This document shows, one piece after another, positions 1-13,602 of a stretch of 64,000 nucleotides of DNA (its first letter is position 1; each line of letters opens with the position of its first letter). The DNA comes from Blasia pusilla. Taxonomy: Eukaryota. The stretch covers positions 34,224,001 through 34,288,000 of the forward strand of contig CM114271.1 in the NCBI GenBank assembly GCA_050084515.1, in the 5' to 3' direction. The notes beneath the pieces are model-generated. The model made no database searches, was not told where the DNA came from, and was given only the letters and a program-made list of their open reading frames with translations. A program made the translations under genes and the position numbers.

Positions 1-480
1 TATTTCAAGGATGGAGACCATTCCTTCACCTGAGGAGAAGCTTTAGTGAAAATTACATTCCAAAAAATAATTTTTTCACATGTTAATTCCCATTGGAGTT
101 TGTTACGGCCCCTACAAGAAGTCAACTCCAAGTGCAGAGCTTGAAGAATGCAAGTTATTATGCACGCTTCTGGACCTTAGGATATGAGTTTTTAACGACC
201 CGATTCGATTTGTGTTCTCAGTGTTCTCCGACCCTCCAAACATATGGGGGCGCCGTATTACTCAAGATCTCAATGTGTATTACTCCCTATCCCTATTTCC
301 GAATCCGATTCGTGTTGTGTTACTCCTGACTATTAGTGTTTCCAAACTCCTCCATTATAAAATTCAAAACCCTAAAAAGGACTCGCACTGATTTAAATAA
401 GAAATATGTGAAATATTATTAATTATCAAAAGAAATTTGGAACATGCTAAACGGTAATTTACTTACAAAACATTTGTCGA

Positions 481-1040
481 ATATATAAATATCCCCCGTG
501 CATGCACCGCCATCCACGTCAGCACACAAGGACATTTGTCACTGTCCAAAGGCCGACAGCCGATCGAAGATATCTTGTATCCTACGTCCGCCGTCCGTCC
601 ACGGCAGTGGTAGCCTGGGACACAGTAGCGGGGAGCACTGTGTCCTCGAATCCCACTGGAGCGAGAGAGCGAGAGAAAATACGACAAGAATCCACACTAA
701 CGACGTGGAATGTGACCACGTAGCACGTGAGGCACACGTGCTGGAAGATCGGCCACGTCGCAGTGCCTCCCCCGACCGGGTTCTCAGTTAGTTCGTGTAC
801 AAACGGAATGTCGGACTTCCGTGACACGTCACCACCCGTCATCCCAGCGACCTTCGTCGTACGGGTGAAGGTCGCTTGACGCGCCGCGTAGCCCGTGCTA
901 CATTCGGAAGAAAGAAAGGAGGAAAGAAAAAGACAGAAAGATCTTGCTGCTGCTATCTTTACAGTTTCCAGCTCGGGCTGACTCTGACGCGGGCGTAGGA
1001 GCCGCACACACGTGGCTTTTCCAATCACAAAAAAGATATT
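481..1040. promoter_or_regulatory. CpG-rich island with a dense ACGT/G-box (ABRE-like) cluster
   Basis: ACGT cores at 516, 584, 703, 718, 725, 736, 755, 826 and 1010. Full CACGTG at 724, 735 and 1009; the last is CACGTGGC followed by CCAATC at 1021. TATA-like ATATATAAAT at 481. Flanks are AT-rich and CpG-poor. No gene could be assigned. Confidence 0.45.
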
Positions 1041-1599
1041 CTTACTCGCAAAGTTTCTCTTAACTAATCATTTCGACCCGTTAAGAAGTGTCTAAACGGA
1101 ACAAGATGTGGAATTTGTATTTAGTAAAGAAGGGATGTCCATTTTGTTATGTAAACAAAGAAATCCAAAAACAAGAAATGTGAAAATATAATGGTATTTA
1201 ACCAACGTAAAAAACAATTTGTGTATTTCATGATTAATAGTTTAAAACAATTTGGCATGAGTATTAGTGGTCGGTCATATGTGAATGGATGACAAAAAGA
1301 GTGGTCACACATCATTTCGGTGCATCGTGTCAACTTTAGTACTTGTAAATATTGTGATGCCACCAATATATATTGTTGATAATAAGTAGTGAAAGCGGAA
1401 AGAGATGGATAATTCTCAAGGGAATGGTAAGCACATATTTTTATGACAACATCAAAAGATACATGTGAGTGCCCAAAGATTCCAATGCATAAGGGGTAAA
1501 TTCATTGATTACATGTCTCACCACATCACTGAACTCCTTCATTCTTGTTGCTACATCAATTCGGGACTTATAGTATGTGCAACTTGAGACACCAAGTGA

Positions 1600-4330
1600 G
1601 AATTTATAGGATTAGAAACCATCACATCACTAATAGAAAAAAGCCACCTCCAGAGATAACTTGGTGAACTTCTTGGCGAGAGGTTGCTTTTGGTGTAAAA
1701 TGTAGGATATCTAGTTGCTCTTGCCCAAAGGTGTCACATGAAGTACGAGTCATTGATATTATATCCTCTCTATCTGAATCTTCTTGTAAGACCCCTCTTG
1801 TTGAGTCAACATTTTTCACTTGTCAAATGATCCATATTAAGGGGAAGGATCTATTATTCCAAGGATATTTGAGATCTCCTCAAGCCCTTCTTCCACTTAC
1901 AACACAAGCAGTTCTATCCCTCATTCCCCTTTCAATCAATTGATTACATAAGGTCCTAGTCGACTTCAAGAGCTTATCTTTCAGAATTTGCACCAACATA
2001 ACTTTTCTAGCATTATCTCCGAGGCAACCTTTGATACTCGTTGAGCTTCTCTACATTCATATGCGGATACAAGAATGTGGGTGGGGCTTATTTTGTACCC
2101 TCTTATTCTTCTATTTTGTCTTCTACAATGTATACTTGTGAGATCACTACATCTACTCCTTGGAGATCCTCATCCTTTTATCTTTTCTAGGTGTGCCTAA
2201 TTGTATATGTGAGGAGCCCATTTATGCAAAGGATATCCACATTCTCTAAAGTACACATAGTGGGAAAAAAATAACGACCCAAAATTGAAAGATTCATGTT
2301 GCCTTATATATATATAGTGGCGTTCTCATCCTTATAATAAAAAGAAGCGACCAAGTATGGAAAGAAATTAGCGAGCCCATCTTTGAGGCACAATCAGAGT
2401 TTCACTCGGTCAAAGTCCATGTCCATACACTCATGTCCATCTTAGGGACGGACATATCTATACGGGAACTATTTTTATGCTTGGGGGTAAGATGGCATGT
2501 CCATTTCCGTGCAAACTTGGGCCAAAATAGATTTTGGATCTATAAGAAAAACCCATCTCTTCACCCAATATAAATACATCATTGTTCTTGTATTGGGTGA
2601 GAAGATGTGTTGAAAGTAGATATCTCCTTTCAACACATATCGTATTAGGCGCATGTCTCTCTTCTAGCTATTGAGAATATATATCCATTAGAGATATGCA
2701 CCCCTCTTCCTTCTAGATTCATGTGGTGTCCTAAAGAGCATGCAACATTCTTTAAGCACTAAAACGAGGAAGATTATGATTCATATGTAGAATTTTGGAA
2801 TCAAGCACTCTGCATAACAACAAGCATAATTTAATTAATCGCGCATCTCACATTCATTGCAACTTTTTCATAATACCTCAACATTTTTTGCAATACTTTA
2901 TCCAAGAATGAAATCTTGACCAAAGCCCTTTCATCACAATTGAGTGGGCTTTGGTCAAATTTTCATACTTGGACATATTCTTGGAAGCTTATGGAGGTAT
3001 ATGTGTCGAGTTCCATGATCTATCCAAAATTCACAAATATAATATAGTTATGAATCATCATGATAGCAAAATTCATCAACCACCTACCCCCAGCAATTAC
3101 AAGTAAGGGAAATAGTAATTCAATGGTGAGTGTATAAATAACAAATCTGATGGGTTTAATCAAACATAATCACAACGAAGCAAATACGTAGGTTACTTTC
3201 ATTCTTGTGTGCATGATATCCAATGCTCAAGATGATTTTTTTTCAAGGGGACCTCCAATCTTAGAATTCTCCCCCATTCAAGTTTAGATTATTCACTACA
3301 TCCATGGTAGTCTCTTAGATATAAAGGGCAGTAATCACTTGGGATACAAGATTTGGAGTGTATGTCTAAAGCTCCTCAAAGGCCTTTGACTTAATTATAT
3401 AAAAATCTTTCTTGCATTTTGAGTGATGGAAATTTTGATAGGGGTGATAGACCAAATGGTTGAGTTCATGACGGAAAATATATACTTTCAATTGTAAAAC
3501 CCATTTGTCGTGAAGATTGATGCATTCAAATTTTACAATGGGTACGAGTATCATCAAAAATTTACAGTAAAACAAGTAAAGTTTAGCCAAATTCAACACC
3601 CTATACATGCATTTACCCAAACTCAATAGATATTTTTCTTGATAGTTTTCCATCCATACCACTTTTGGTTAATATATCTTCACATCATATTTGGCATTTG
3701 ATAGTCGAGAAAAGCAACAATTTAGTTGGTAACAATCCTTAACTTAAGATCTTTTTTAGTTCAAAACTTCATGCACTTCTTAATGATCATTTGACAAATT
3801 GGAGAGTAAAGTTGTTTTATTCATTATATACCTATTTATCTATCTAGTTTACACCCACTTGGATAAGAAGAGATTTGTAGACATTGATCACATTCAAAGA
3901 GTCATCCGAATCTATATCTTTTTTTCACCATACCACACTCTATTCATATGTTAAGTCCAAGGTTGCACATAGACAAAGTGTCATGTCCATGTTTGCGAAC
4001 ATGTCCATTTCAATCCCTATGACGAACATGTCCATGCAGACGCAGATATCTGCGGCCCACACCCGAGCTAGGCGCCCACCCCCGCCGCACCACCCACAAC
4101 ATACACCTATGCTCTGCCAGCCCGCACCCAGTCTAAGGACATGTCGCCCGTCTTATAGCCTGCACCCGCCCTAAACTGGCATTGACTCGCAATTGGCCCC
4201 CGTAGGGCGGGCCAATTCTTGTCCGCCTCCCTTAATCTAAGCCCACACCCATTCTTGCATCGCAATCCTACGCAGGCCACTGGGGTACTCAAGAAACCTG
4301 CGTGGGGCACCCATTGGACATATTCGTTTC
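1600..4330 (-). mobile_element. Possible highly decayed DNA transposon (hAT-like) remnant
   Basis: A minus-strand fragment near 2215-2260 reads TLENVDILCING, reminiscent of the hAT dimerisation region. Repeated ATGTCCAT motifs at ~2415-2505 and ~3980-4040 resemble subterminal repeats. No intact ORF or termini were identified. Confidence 0.25.
2901..2973. repeat. Inverted repeat with 28-bp arms and a 17-nt loop
   Basis: TCCAAGAATGAAATCTTGACCAAAGCCC (2901-2928) pairs with GGGCTTTGGTCAAATTTTCATACTTGGA (2946-2973) with 3 mismatches. Confidence 0.85.
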
Positions 4331-6085
4331 TATGCAAGCACTTTTCCCCATCCTTACCTCCATCTATACTATTATAGGAGGATCACTTCCCGAATGACAA
4401 CACCTCTCTAGTAGACATGTGGTTTCAAATTTTACATACATGATTTAACCTCACTTGTTATATACACTCGGCATATTATATACCATGCATCACTTGCGTA
4501 CTTTATTAGTTCCATATAAATTGAAAGTGCATTATAGCCCAAAGTCTTTTCCACACCGTCATTATTAACATCCCAAGGGCACGCCTTAGGTTGTATCCGT
4601 GCCCAAACTTACCCACACCCAAATTTAGGGTCATTAGGTTAGCTTAGAATCACACACCTTGGATGTGTTATGTTCTATCTTTGCCTCGGTGACTTGGATC
4701 GCCATCCCGACCTCAGACCAATTTCCTAAAGATGGATCCACATTCAACACCAGGTGGACATTGTCATAACTGGATAGCTCATCACTCTGTTAGCAAGTGG
4801 CCTTAAGGCATAATATACTACCCAATCTCTTCTGCCTCCCTCGTGTGGTGAACAGACTTTAGATCTTACAAAATACTCTTTGTTGGCATCAAGTTGAGCT
4901 TTTGTTTAGATAAGGAGCTTAATATCTTGCAAACTAGTGTCTGAACTATCTATCCCGGTCTGGCTGATCCATTTTCTTCTGACATATATAGTGTAAATCT
5001 ATTCTAAGAAATAAGTCTTGCAGAAAGAAAGATATCCCTCCTCCTGAGCTGCACACTTTTGTAGGTGTCCAGCTCAAAACTGTGTTCTTCCGTTGCTGAG
5101 ATTATTTGTTGATACCTGCAAGAATTCTGCATATTCTAGTGAGTTTCACTAACTCGTGCAGAAGGATGAATTTGCATTTGAGGCGAGTTTCATTGTGTAT
5201 TTTCCCAGGGCCTAAACTCCTAATCACCAAATTATGAATTAAATATGACGGTGACCACGTACCTGGGGAAGAAAAACTCGAACAATGGAAGATCAAAGTG
5301 GAATTCATGTTACAAGTGAGAAAATCCATGTTGAAAAGCCATGAGTTATGGTCTTTCAGGAAAGTCGACAGATGGCAAGAGAGGATCACATGTCACGATG
5401 AGGGTGTAGAAAAGAACCCTTCTTATAACTCAAAATTATTAAGAGTAAATTGGATTCCCAACTGCTCACTCCAAAGCAAAATTGAGATAAGTCGCCTCAC
5501 TCTTTCTTTTGAGTAATGTACAAAATCATCAATGAAATTGTGACCCACACTTGTGCTCTGAATAAAACAGAGCACCTGTGGCAGATTGGGTTCTTCTGAC
5601 CCTCCGTAGAAAGATTCGAAACTTTGCCCAGAGTCTGTATCTTTCTCTCTTATCATCCAACCGGCAAGCAAGTTCTATGGTCCCAGGACTACAACAGGCA
5701 CTTTGGCAAGGCAAAGACAGCATACGACAGGCACTACTTAATGAGTACAGTCTCTCTCTTGGACAAGGGCGCAGAGTCTACGGTTGGACAACAACTACAG
5801 ACACTGCTTAATGAGTTTTCTCTCCTTTTCTATCCTCCTTTTCTTTTATAAAGGTAAGCTCTTTACTTCCTCTTTATCCCAGTCTCTAGCACTGTCCAAC
5901 CAGGGCTTATGTGTGGCATCCAGTTAAATATTTGCTTTTTGGAGCAGACATTGTGGATATGGATGTGCGATCTCTTTCTAGTCACCCACTTTCTCTGGTC
6001 ATGTAGAGGGTGTCAAAAAAACTCACTGAACTCTCATGTTAAATGTTACACATACTGCTGGATTGTGGTCATTGGCACAATTTCT

Positions 6086-9000
6086 TCACTTTTTGCTTAA
6101 CAGCATTTTTCTGAATTCATCATTTGATTTGGGGGCCTCATCGCCAGTAGAAGCTTGTTGGCCAGCACCCCAACCTAGTGGTCTGACTACAGCACGTGGA
6201 ACTGCAAATGTGTTGTTGCCTGTCACACCTACTTTGCCTCCACGGCGATGACCAAGACCGAGTCCCCCACCTCTACTTCGGCCACCCCCGACACTGTGTC
6301 CGGCATTCTCCTCACCCCGTCCACCACTTTGTCGACCACCATGATATCCCAGACCACCTGCCAAAATAGATCCATTGTTCACTCTTGCTCCATGAAGTCG
6401 CGAGAGCCACTGAAATTTGACGAAGAGAACACGCAAGGAAGAGATGATAGAATCTCCCTTTCCATGGATCCATTGCTTAGACCTAGCTATCTCTTTACAT
6501 CCCCTTTCTCATGCATTACTGACTAGAACATCTACAAGAATTGCACATGTAAGCAAGCAACATCACTTGAGGGAGTGAATAGGCACCTCGACCAATCCTC
6601 CCACTACTTGATCGACCACCGCCACCAGCTCCACGGCCACCCTTTGGAGCAGAACGAGCTACTCTTATTGACTGTCCACCAAGCTCCTCATTGTCTTTAG
6701 AAATTGCAGCCACCAAAGAATCCTCATCTTCAAACTCCACATATGCTAGACCCTGTAAAATGCAAACAAATCACATGTGATCTACCCCTCTTCTCTACTA
6801 TGATTTCACCCCTCTTCTAGAATATTCACAAAAGCGGAACTCAAACTGGAGTCCCCTTGAGCTCTGCAAGCATAGATCTAGAATACAACCTTGCTAACGA
6901 GTTGAGAATGCTACGTCGAGTTTTGCCATTGTGACGATTGAAGTGGGCACTGCCAGAGATGGGTGAGGTGACTCAAATATGTCCTTTGATTGGTTGGATT
7001 AAATTACTCATAATGCAAATACACTCCATGTGTCCTTTAAGAATGATCCACTACTTCATATACCCTTCTCAAACTTGGAAGATCGGATCTGAAACAATAA
7101 CCTCTAGCAATGTGATAGACGAAAAGATGAAAACGTTCACAAGAATGACCAGTACCACTTCCAAACCCTGTTCATTATTCATTTAGACCTTCAGCAGCAG
7201 GTTCAAACCAGCAATCCAGAATCAGGGCCCTCTCAATCATGGACTCATTCATTGCTGAGCAGTTGCCTATGTATGGACTTCCAGGGATGCTGTGGAGCTC
7301 CTTCTAGAGATCTACCAGAGATAAGAATTTCTGGCATTATGGAGCTCCTGTGAAATAGATGCCGACTGTACATTCTCATGATCAAAGCTTGCCACAAGCA
7401 CATACCCTAGACTGGCCTGAAACTCGATCCCTTAAAAGCCGAACTTCCTTCACTCCCGCCACACAAGAGAAAAATTCCCTAAGCTGGTCCTCAGAAACCT
7501 GCATTCATTAACACGGATGGTTCAAATAGGAAGATAGCACCAATTGTGTGCATGCACATTGCAAATATGATAATGAATTTGTGTGATTCTGTCTAGACTA
7601 ATTCATGCAAGAACATACACACGTGCTGAGAATTCATTTCAGGTACACCTTTCATTAATTCAGGCTCATATCTACTAGATTACTTCTGATCCACACTCAG
7701 CAATCAGACATTGCCAGTCAGCAACTGACTCCCCCATGCCTGGTATGCCTCATCCTGCTAACCTCACATTCAGTCTTTTCACAGTTCCTAATATATCTGT
7801 ACTCAAGTAGACAAAATTTTGAGTTCTTATAAAGGCCAATTCAAATACAAAACTAATCCAAGCTTCGTTCAGGAAGAACTTTCAGACTGGCTCAAGACCT
7901 GCTTAGTTAATGGCTTACTCGCCAGACAGATAAACTGCGGTGAAATTTACGCACCTCATGAGAGATATTCCGGACAAATGCAGTACACTCATCAGTGTAC
8001 TGTTTAGGAGATCTTGGCTTTCGAGATAATTCTGCAGGAGCATTTTCTACGTTACCTTCACCTCTTGAGGAGCTCGCAGAAACCTCCGGAGTGGCTTTCT
8101 TTCTCTCGTTTTGTTTAGTACCCTCCCTTTGGGGTTCATTGGCTATCTTGGTGGACTCATTATGTCCACTGACTTTGGGCCGCTTGGCCAGAGCCTTGGA
8201 ATCTTTTGGTCCACTGTCATTACCAAGACCCCGCTTTCTCTTGGATGACGCAGACTCAAGGTTTAGGTTGTTAGTTCGTCCTCCCTTCACATCCGGGTCT
8301 CTTGTTTTGTTCTTCACATCTGGTGCTCCATGTCCAAATATGTGCTCTGCAGAGGGTTGAGCAGATTTAGCTTCCTGTTGCATTTGCATGGATTTGACCT
8401 CTGCAAGCCGTGGAGCTACCTGCAAGAGAATACATTAAACTATAGACTAAGAGATGAATCGATCTGATCTATTCCCCCAGCTTTGCAAATTACAGCTATT
8501 AATAGATCATGATTCTACTAGCTCTATACGAATCATTTGACCACAAATCATCTCAAACCATGAACCGTTCTTGATTACCCACAGTTCTGATAAGGCCATG
8601 ATTGCTTTTTTAAGAAGTAATTAAAAGTCATGAGTAGAGACCATCAGAGAGCATCCACTCAACTCACCCTAATGATGGATTCTTACAAGCTTTCGCTCAC
8701 TTGGAGAAGAAGCTTAGCAACGATCAAAAGATACTGACTTGACCAGCAATCCTACCTTGAAACTCTAGCAATCACCCGATTCAACTAAGGATGATGCCTG
8801 ATTTTAAGGAAATAAATATACAGTGGTGATCCATGTGTACCTTCATAACAGCTCTGTCATAATCTTCAAGAGACCCATGCTCACGCTCAAAACGCAACCA
8901 TGCTGAGCACATCAACTGTTCAAGAAAGAGGGAATTGTTACCAGAGCACCACATTCAAGAAGCTAACCCCAGAAAATCCAAAAATAGATACATTGATCTA

Positions 9001-12000
9001 GGCAAACAGCTTGGAAGCTAAAGCATAAGGTAAGTTATTGACATCTGGATAAGTACAGAAAGGGATCCATGAGACTCAATTATATTCTATAAAATAACTG
9101 TATGATTTGAGACAGAACAGATTTTCTGGATGTCAGAATTGAAAATTGCTGAAAGGAAGATTACCTCAGTCCCGTTGCCCTCTAGCCTTCTGCTGTAACA
9201 ACTTCTATAGATGGCACGTGCCTCCTTGATGTTCCTCAATGAGAGCTCCATTGAGATGTACCCTTGCCAAACTTCAACCATCCATCCACTGCAATCACAA
9301 CTATTCACAGCTGAGAAAACACATTCAATCATCCATCCGCTGCAATCAAAACTATTGATATCTGAGAAAACAATGAGAAACAAGAGGGCACATACCCAGT
9401 AACACTCAATCCAGAAAGTTCAGTCACATGACAAGGTGTGCACACACAGATATCTGATTGATGCACCCTGAGGACGATGGATTTAAAAGGAATCATGAAT
9501 CCCTTAAAACATACCTTGACTTGATGAGATTCTCCCACACACCACGAGCTGCTACCAAATCCTTGGCTACATGAGCCTCAGTATGAGCCCAGTAACTGTG
9601 CAGCTGCAGAGTTCGGTCTACAAAATCTGGGTAGTATGTAGACATAAATTGAGAGGCCCGCTGCAACATTAACCATGGTCAAGCGTTTGTGCACAATCTT
9701 CCATTCTATACGATTCAAAGATAAACAAGAATTTTGGGAGTCTCAATAACTAAGGGTTGCAGCATGAAGGTGAGTACAGGACTAGTTAGATAGATACTGA
9801 CAATGAAATAGATCAAAATCTCTCATGCGTGGTTAAAATTACACAAAGGTTTCCACATCTTTGCTGATTGCCAGGCTAGAAAAAGTGCATGAAAAGACAA
9901 AAGCGAGTAGTGAAGAGGAGTCTAGCAGCAAAAAGGAAGAGGTTTGATGGAGAGGTGTGGCTCACATCAAATGTTTCATGCAGAAGAGAAACATCAGACT
10001 GTTTACTTGCACTCTCATCCAATGTCATGATCCGGCGTCGTATTCCATCACAGCGAGTAAGAAATAACTCCAGATACTGCAGTCATTACAATGTGTGGTA
10101 GAGTTGTGAGGACCATAATGGTGAGTAAATCTCAGTCATGCAATTTCCAATAAACTCCGGCGAATAACAAATTCCTGGGCCTAACTACAAACAATTGAAC
10201 CCATTGTAGTTCTTCATGGAGGTCTTGAACAATGGAATAAACATCTGAACTGCTTTGAAACAAGGATGCTTCTAACAACCATGAAACGTAGCAGGGTCCC
10301 CTGTAGATCAACCAATTCCCCAAAGATCACAGCCAGGTTTGAGTACAAATACAAAGACTCTCATCTTTTAGATGAATATTTGAAAGGAGACAGTACCTCT
10401 TGTGAGGTTGGAAATCCACCAAGTAGAGACTGCTCAAATACCTGTTACAGTACAAAAGTTGGTCTTTATATCAATTTCACAAGATCCGACACCCTACAAC
10501 CAGCTCCTGGGCTCACCTTCTCAATACATTAAATTGGTGACACGGAGAAGCTAAGAAGACATTCTCCAATTGCAATACGTTGCAACTGTGAAAAGGGCCC
10601 TTGAACATACAGGAGGAGGAGGAGGAGGCTCCTTGAAGTTTCTAGATGATTAGTGCATAGTTTCTCTGAGCCGCAAGAGGTTTCCAGCATTTCACTTCTG
10701 AGGTTAGAACATAGCTGCGTGATAAATTTGATACAGGGAAGAAGTCGTGCAAACATATGCTTTGCAGAATAACTAGATATGCAACATCACTTACTGCAGA
10801 AAGATCACTTTCAGGAGCATGGGACCTCTCCAGTGCCAGAAGGTAGTTTTTCCATAAGATCTGCACCCATGGACAATTTCGGGTAGCCCTAGCATAAACA
10901 CCCTTGAGTACAACGGCAACCTGCATGACACTTTCAGATTAATGACAATATTACCCCACACAGCCTAATTACTGAAAAAAAATCCGGTTGGGTTCCCTTG
11001 AGAACATTTACATTAACCCTTGGAAGCTACCAAGCGAAAGATTAAAATAACACTGAGATAAATGTTGAGATCAGCTGGAAAGCCACTACTATTGACAGAA
11101 TGTGAACAATGGTCTTTTCTTTTGTAACTGTCAATGTTTCTGAAAGGCACTTTGCCGATGTACCAAAGAGACATTTATCTCCTGCTTCTTCAACATTTTC
11201 TACTTGTTTGTTCGCATAGGATTTCAAAAAGCTGAGAAAGGTGTCATCTGCCCCACAAGAAACCAGACAATTTAGTCTAATTCTACTATGATTGGTGTCT
11301 TGGTTCTCCATCATTGTGGAAAACTCTCAAGAGCACTGGGTGAACATACCTTCAGATTAGTCTCCAGGTACTGTGTGTACCTCAGCCAGACATCCTGACT
11401 TATGGCGAACTCTGAAATAGTCCTTTCATACAAAACCTGTGCCCGGGCAGGCTCTCCAGTCGCCTCCTCTATGGTTATATATTCCTGCAATCAGGCATGC
11501 AACAGCCAGTGACAACATGTGGTAAGACTCAAAACTAACTTCCATACAATAAATGAACACCAGGGTGAGGACATCACAAAATAGGGATAATGACTCAAGA
11601 GCTGTCCCAAACCTACCAGATAATTTTGGAGTAGTCCAGCATCTCCAGGTTGACCCTTACTGATTTTCTCTTCAAGTGTATCACGACTGGAACACATCAG
11701 CAGGGCTTTCTTGTATGCAGATGACACACTCAAGGGTATTCCAGCCAATACATCATTTTCGTCACCAATATGATTCCCTTGCTGTTCCTCCCACTCTTTG
11801 TACTGCACCAATGTTCCGGCTAGATCTGCTAAAGGTACTGTGAGCTGCCGTCTGTATATGCTTCTTACAGTTTCAACCTGCTTTGCCTTGCCCTGAAAGG
11901 TATCGCACAGACTAATCAAAGAGCTGATCAATGATACAAGTGTTCACAACTCTGCCATTCATGAGGTCCTTGAAGAGTGTTCACACTGCATGTCATACCT

Positions 12001-13602
12001 CTGAACCAGCTTCATTGAGTATCACCAGTACTGCCAGTTCAAAATCACGATACGCTTCCCAGACCTTTCCACCTTCTGCAAAGTGAAGCCCGACTGCAGC
12101 AAGTGCTTGCTCATAGAGTCTCCTCATCTTTGACACTCCTTCTGGTTTACCTTCCGCAACAGCAGGATCGTACACCTCCACAAACTTCAGGAAGTCCAAC
12201 CACAAGGAGACCGACTGCAACATTGACATGCATCGAAATCAATCATAGTAGACGCTGCAGCAACAACCACCAGTCAAGTCTACTTCATTCCAACAGGCTC
12301 CATTTGACATGTAATGAACACAAACTACTGGCTGCAACAGAAACAGAAACATCAAACTTTCTGAAGAAGGGATGGTAGACTCCTCCTTTTCGAGCAGGAC
12401 TCAGTAAATTCAAGTGTGTGAACCCTACCTGGTAATCCTTGATGGCTCTTTCATACAAGGCTTCCACAGCAACTACGTCTTCTGGCCTGTGTCAGCCAAG
12501 CATCAGGTACTAAGAAGTACAAACTTGAAAGATAGCAGGTCTGCAAAGTAGGACCAGAAGTGAGTGACCCGATATCAGGAGAATCTTTTCATATCTTTTC
12601 ATAACATAAATTTCGGCAACTACTTCTTCAGCTGAAAGGATACATGCATGAATGACATATAGAGTGAAGTGATGAAGGAGCTCGTTGTCCAATGCCTTCA
12701 CAATGAGGCTAAAGTCCATGCTACATGACTGAGTTTCTCGTCCGCTCTATCTCGATTCTAACTAAAGACAGTCAGCAACATAACGGTACAAACCATTTGA
12801 ACTTGTACGATTCTGGTAAAAAGACGCATAGCGTGCGAAATCCATCAGAATTGCTACTGGCTCTACCACATCAAGACAACTAAGTATGCTGTGGAGCCGT
12901 GAAGGGCTGTAAAAGGCGTCACCTCGATGCAAGGCGAGCTTCATCCTGTGCCCATTCTTTCCACATTGTAGGAGTGAGAGGGTACAGGGCACTCATGGCC
13001 TCCCTCGCGGCACGCAGCTTTTCCAGCAGGCCGCACTTTCTCAATGTGAAAATCAACTGCATTCAGAAGCACACCAAACTCCATCACAGCCACATACAGC
13101 CATCCATAGTCTCGAAACATTGAAAACATAGACCAAGCTTCCACACGGTGTCACTTTTGTTCTACAAGAACCCCATCACAGCCACTAGTCTAGAGACGAC
13201 GACGAAACCAACAGCAACAACAATAATAAAACAACAAGTTGCCCACCCCACTCTGGGACAAAAACCCCAACTCCCCCTATCTTCTCCTCCACTTCACCAG
13301 ATTCTATCACAAGAATGAAGGACCGTCCTATGAAGAGATCTCTCGACACGCACCTCGACATGGGCCTCATAATTGTACGCATTCGCAGCAACAGCTTCCT
13401 CTAGCTGCTGAATTCTCCGACCACTTTCACCTTCACCGTCTTCGTCGTCATCCGAATCCGACTCAGAACTCGACTCCTTCTCCGCTTTCTCATCATCTCC
13501 TCCCGCTCCTCCTCCTCCATCGTTTTCTTCTTCTTCCTCGTCTTCTGCTTCAGACTCCACCATAACGTCTTCCACCGTCGCCTCCTCATCCTCCACCCCC
13601 AT
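6086..13602 (-). CDS. SART3: SART3/PRP24-like U4/U6 snRNP recycling factor (HAT repeats, RRM, C-terminal Lsm-interaction motif), 16 exons
   Basis: Exons joined by GT-AG in consistent phase: 13602-13354, 13056-12923, 12486-12429, 12214-11999, 11892-11617, 11484-11350, 10920-10795, 10441-10397, 10076-9966, 9660-9515, 9288-9165, 8915-8841, 8419-7955, 7498-7406, 6752-6587, 6357-6086. Acidic N-terminus; HAT motifs (YERAIKDY, YARATRNCPW, WLRFEREHGSLEDY); RRM (TAFVRNI...SRGLAYVEF); C-terminal KSNDEFRKMLL. Confidence 0.92.
9273..9371 (-). repeat. 51-bp tandem duplication spanning the exon 11 splice acceptor of the SART3-like gene
   Basis: Two copies of TTTTCTCAG..AATAGTT.TGATTGCAG|.GGATGGATG.TTGAA give exon starts at 9339 and 9288. 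Confidence 0.85.

Noticed and set aside
93-1028. Overlapping short ORFs (74-148 aa) in the GC-rich island
   Set aside because: No recognisable domains or splice structure; expected by chance in GC-rich DNA.
5102-5851. Short ORFs and splice-like signals just downstream of the SART3-like stop codon
   Set aside because: No homology recognised and no coherent gene model; may be 3' UTR.
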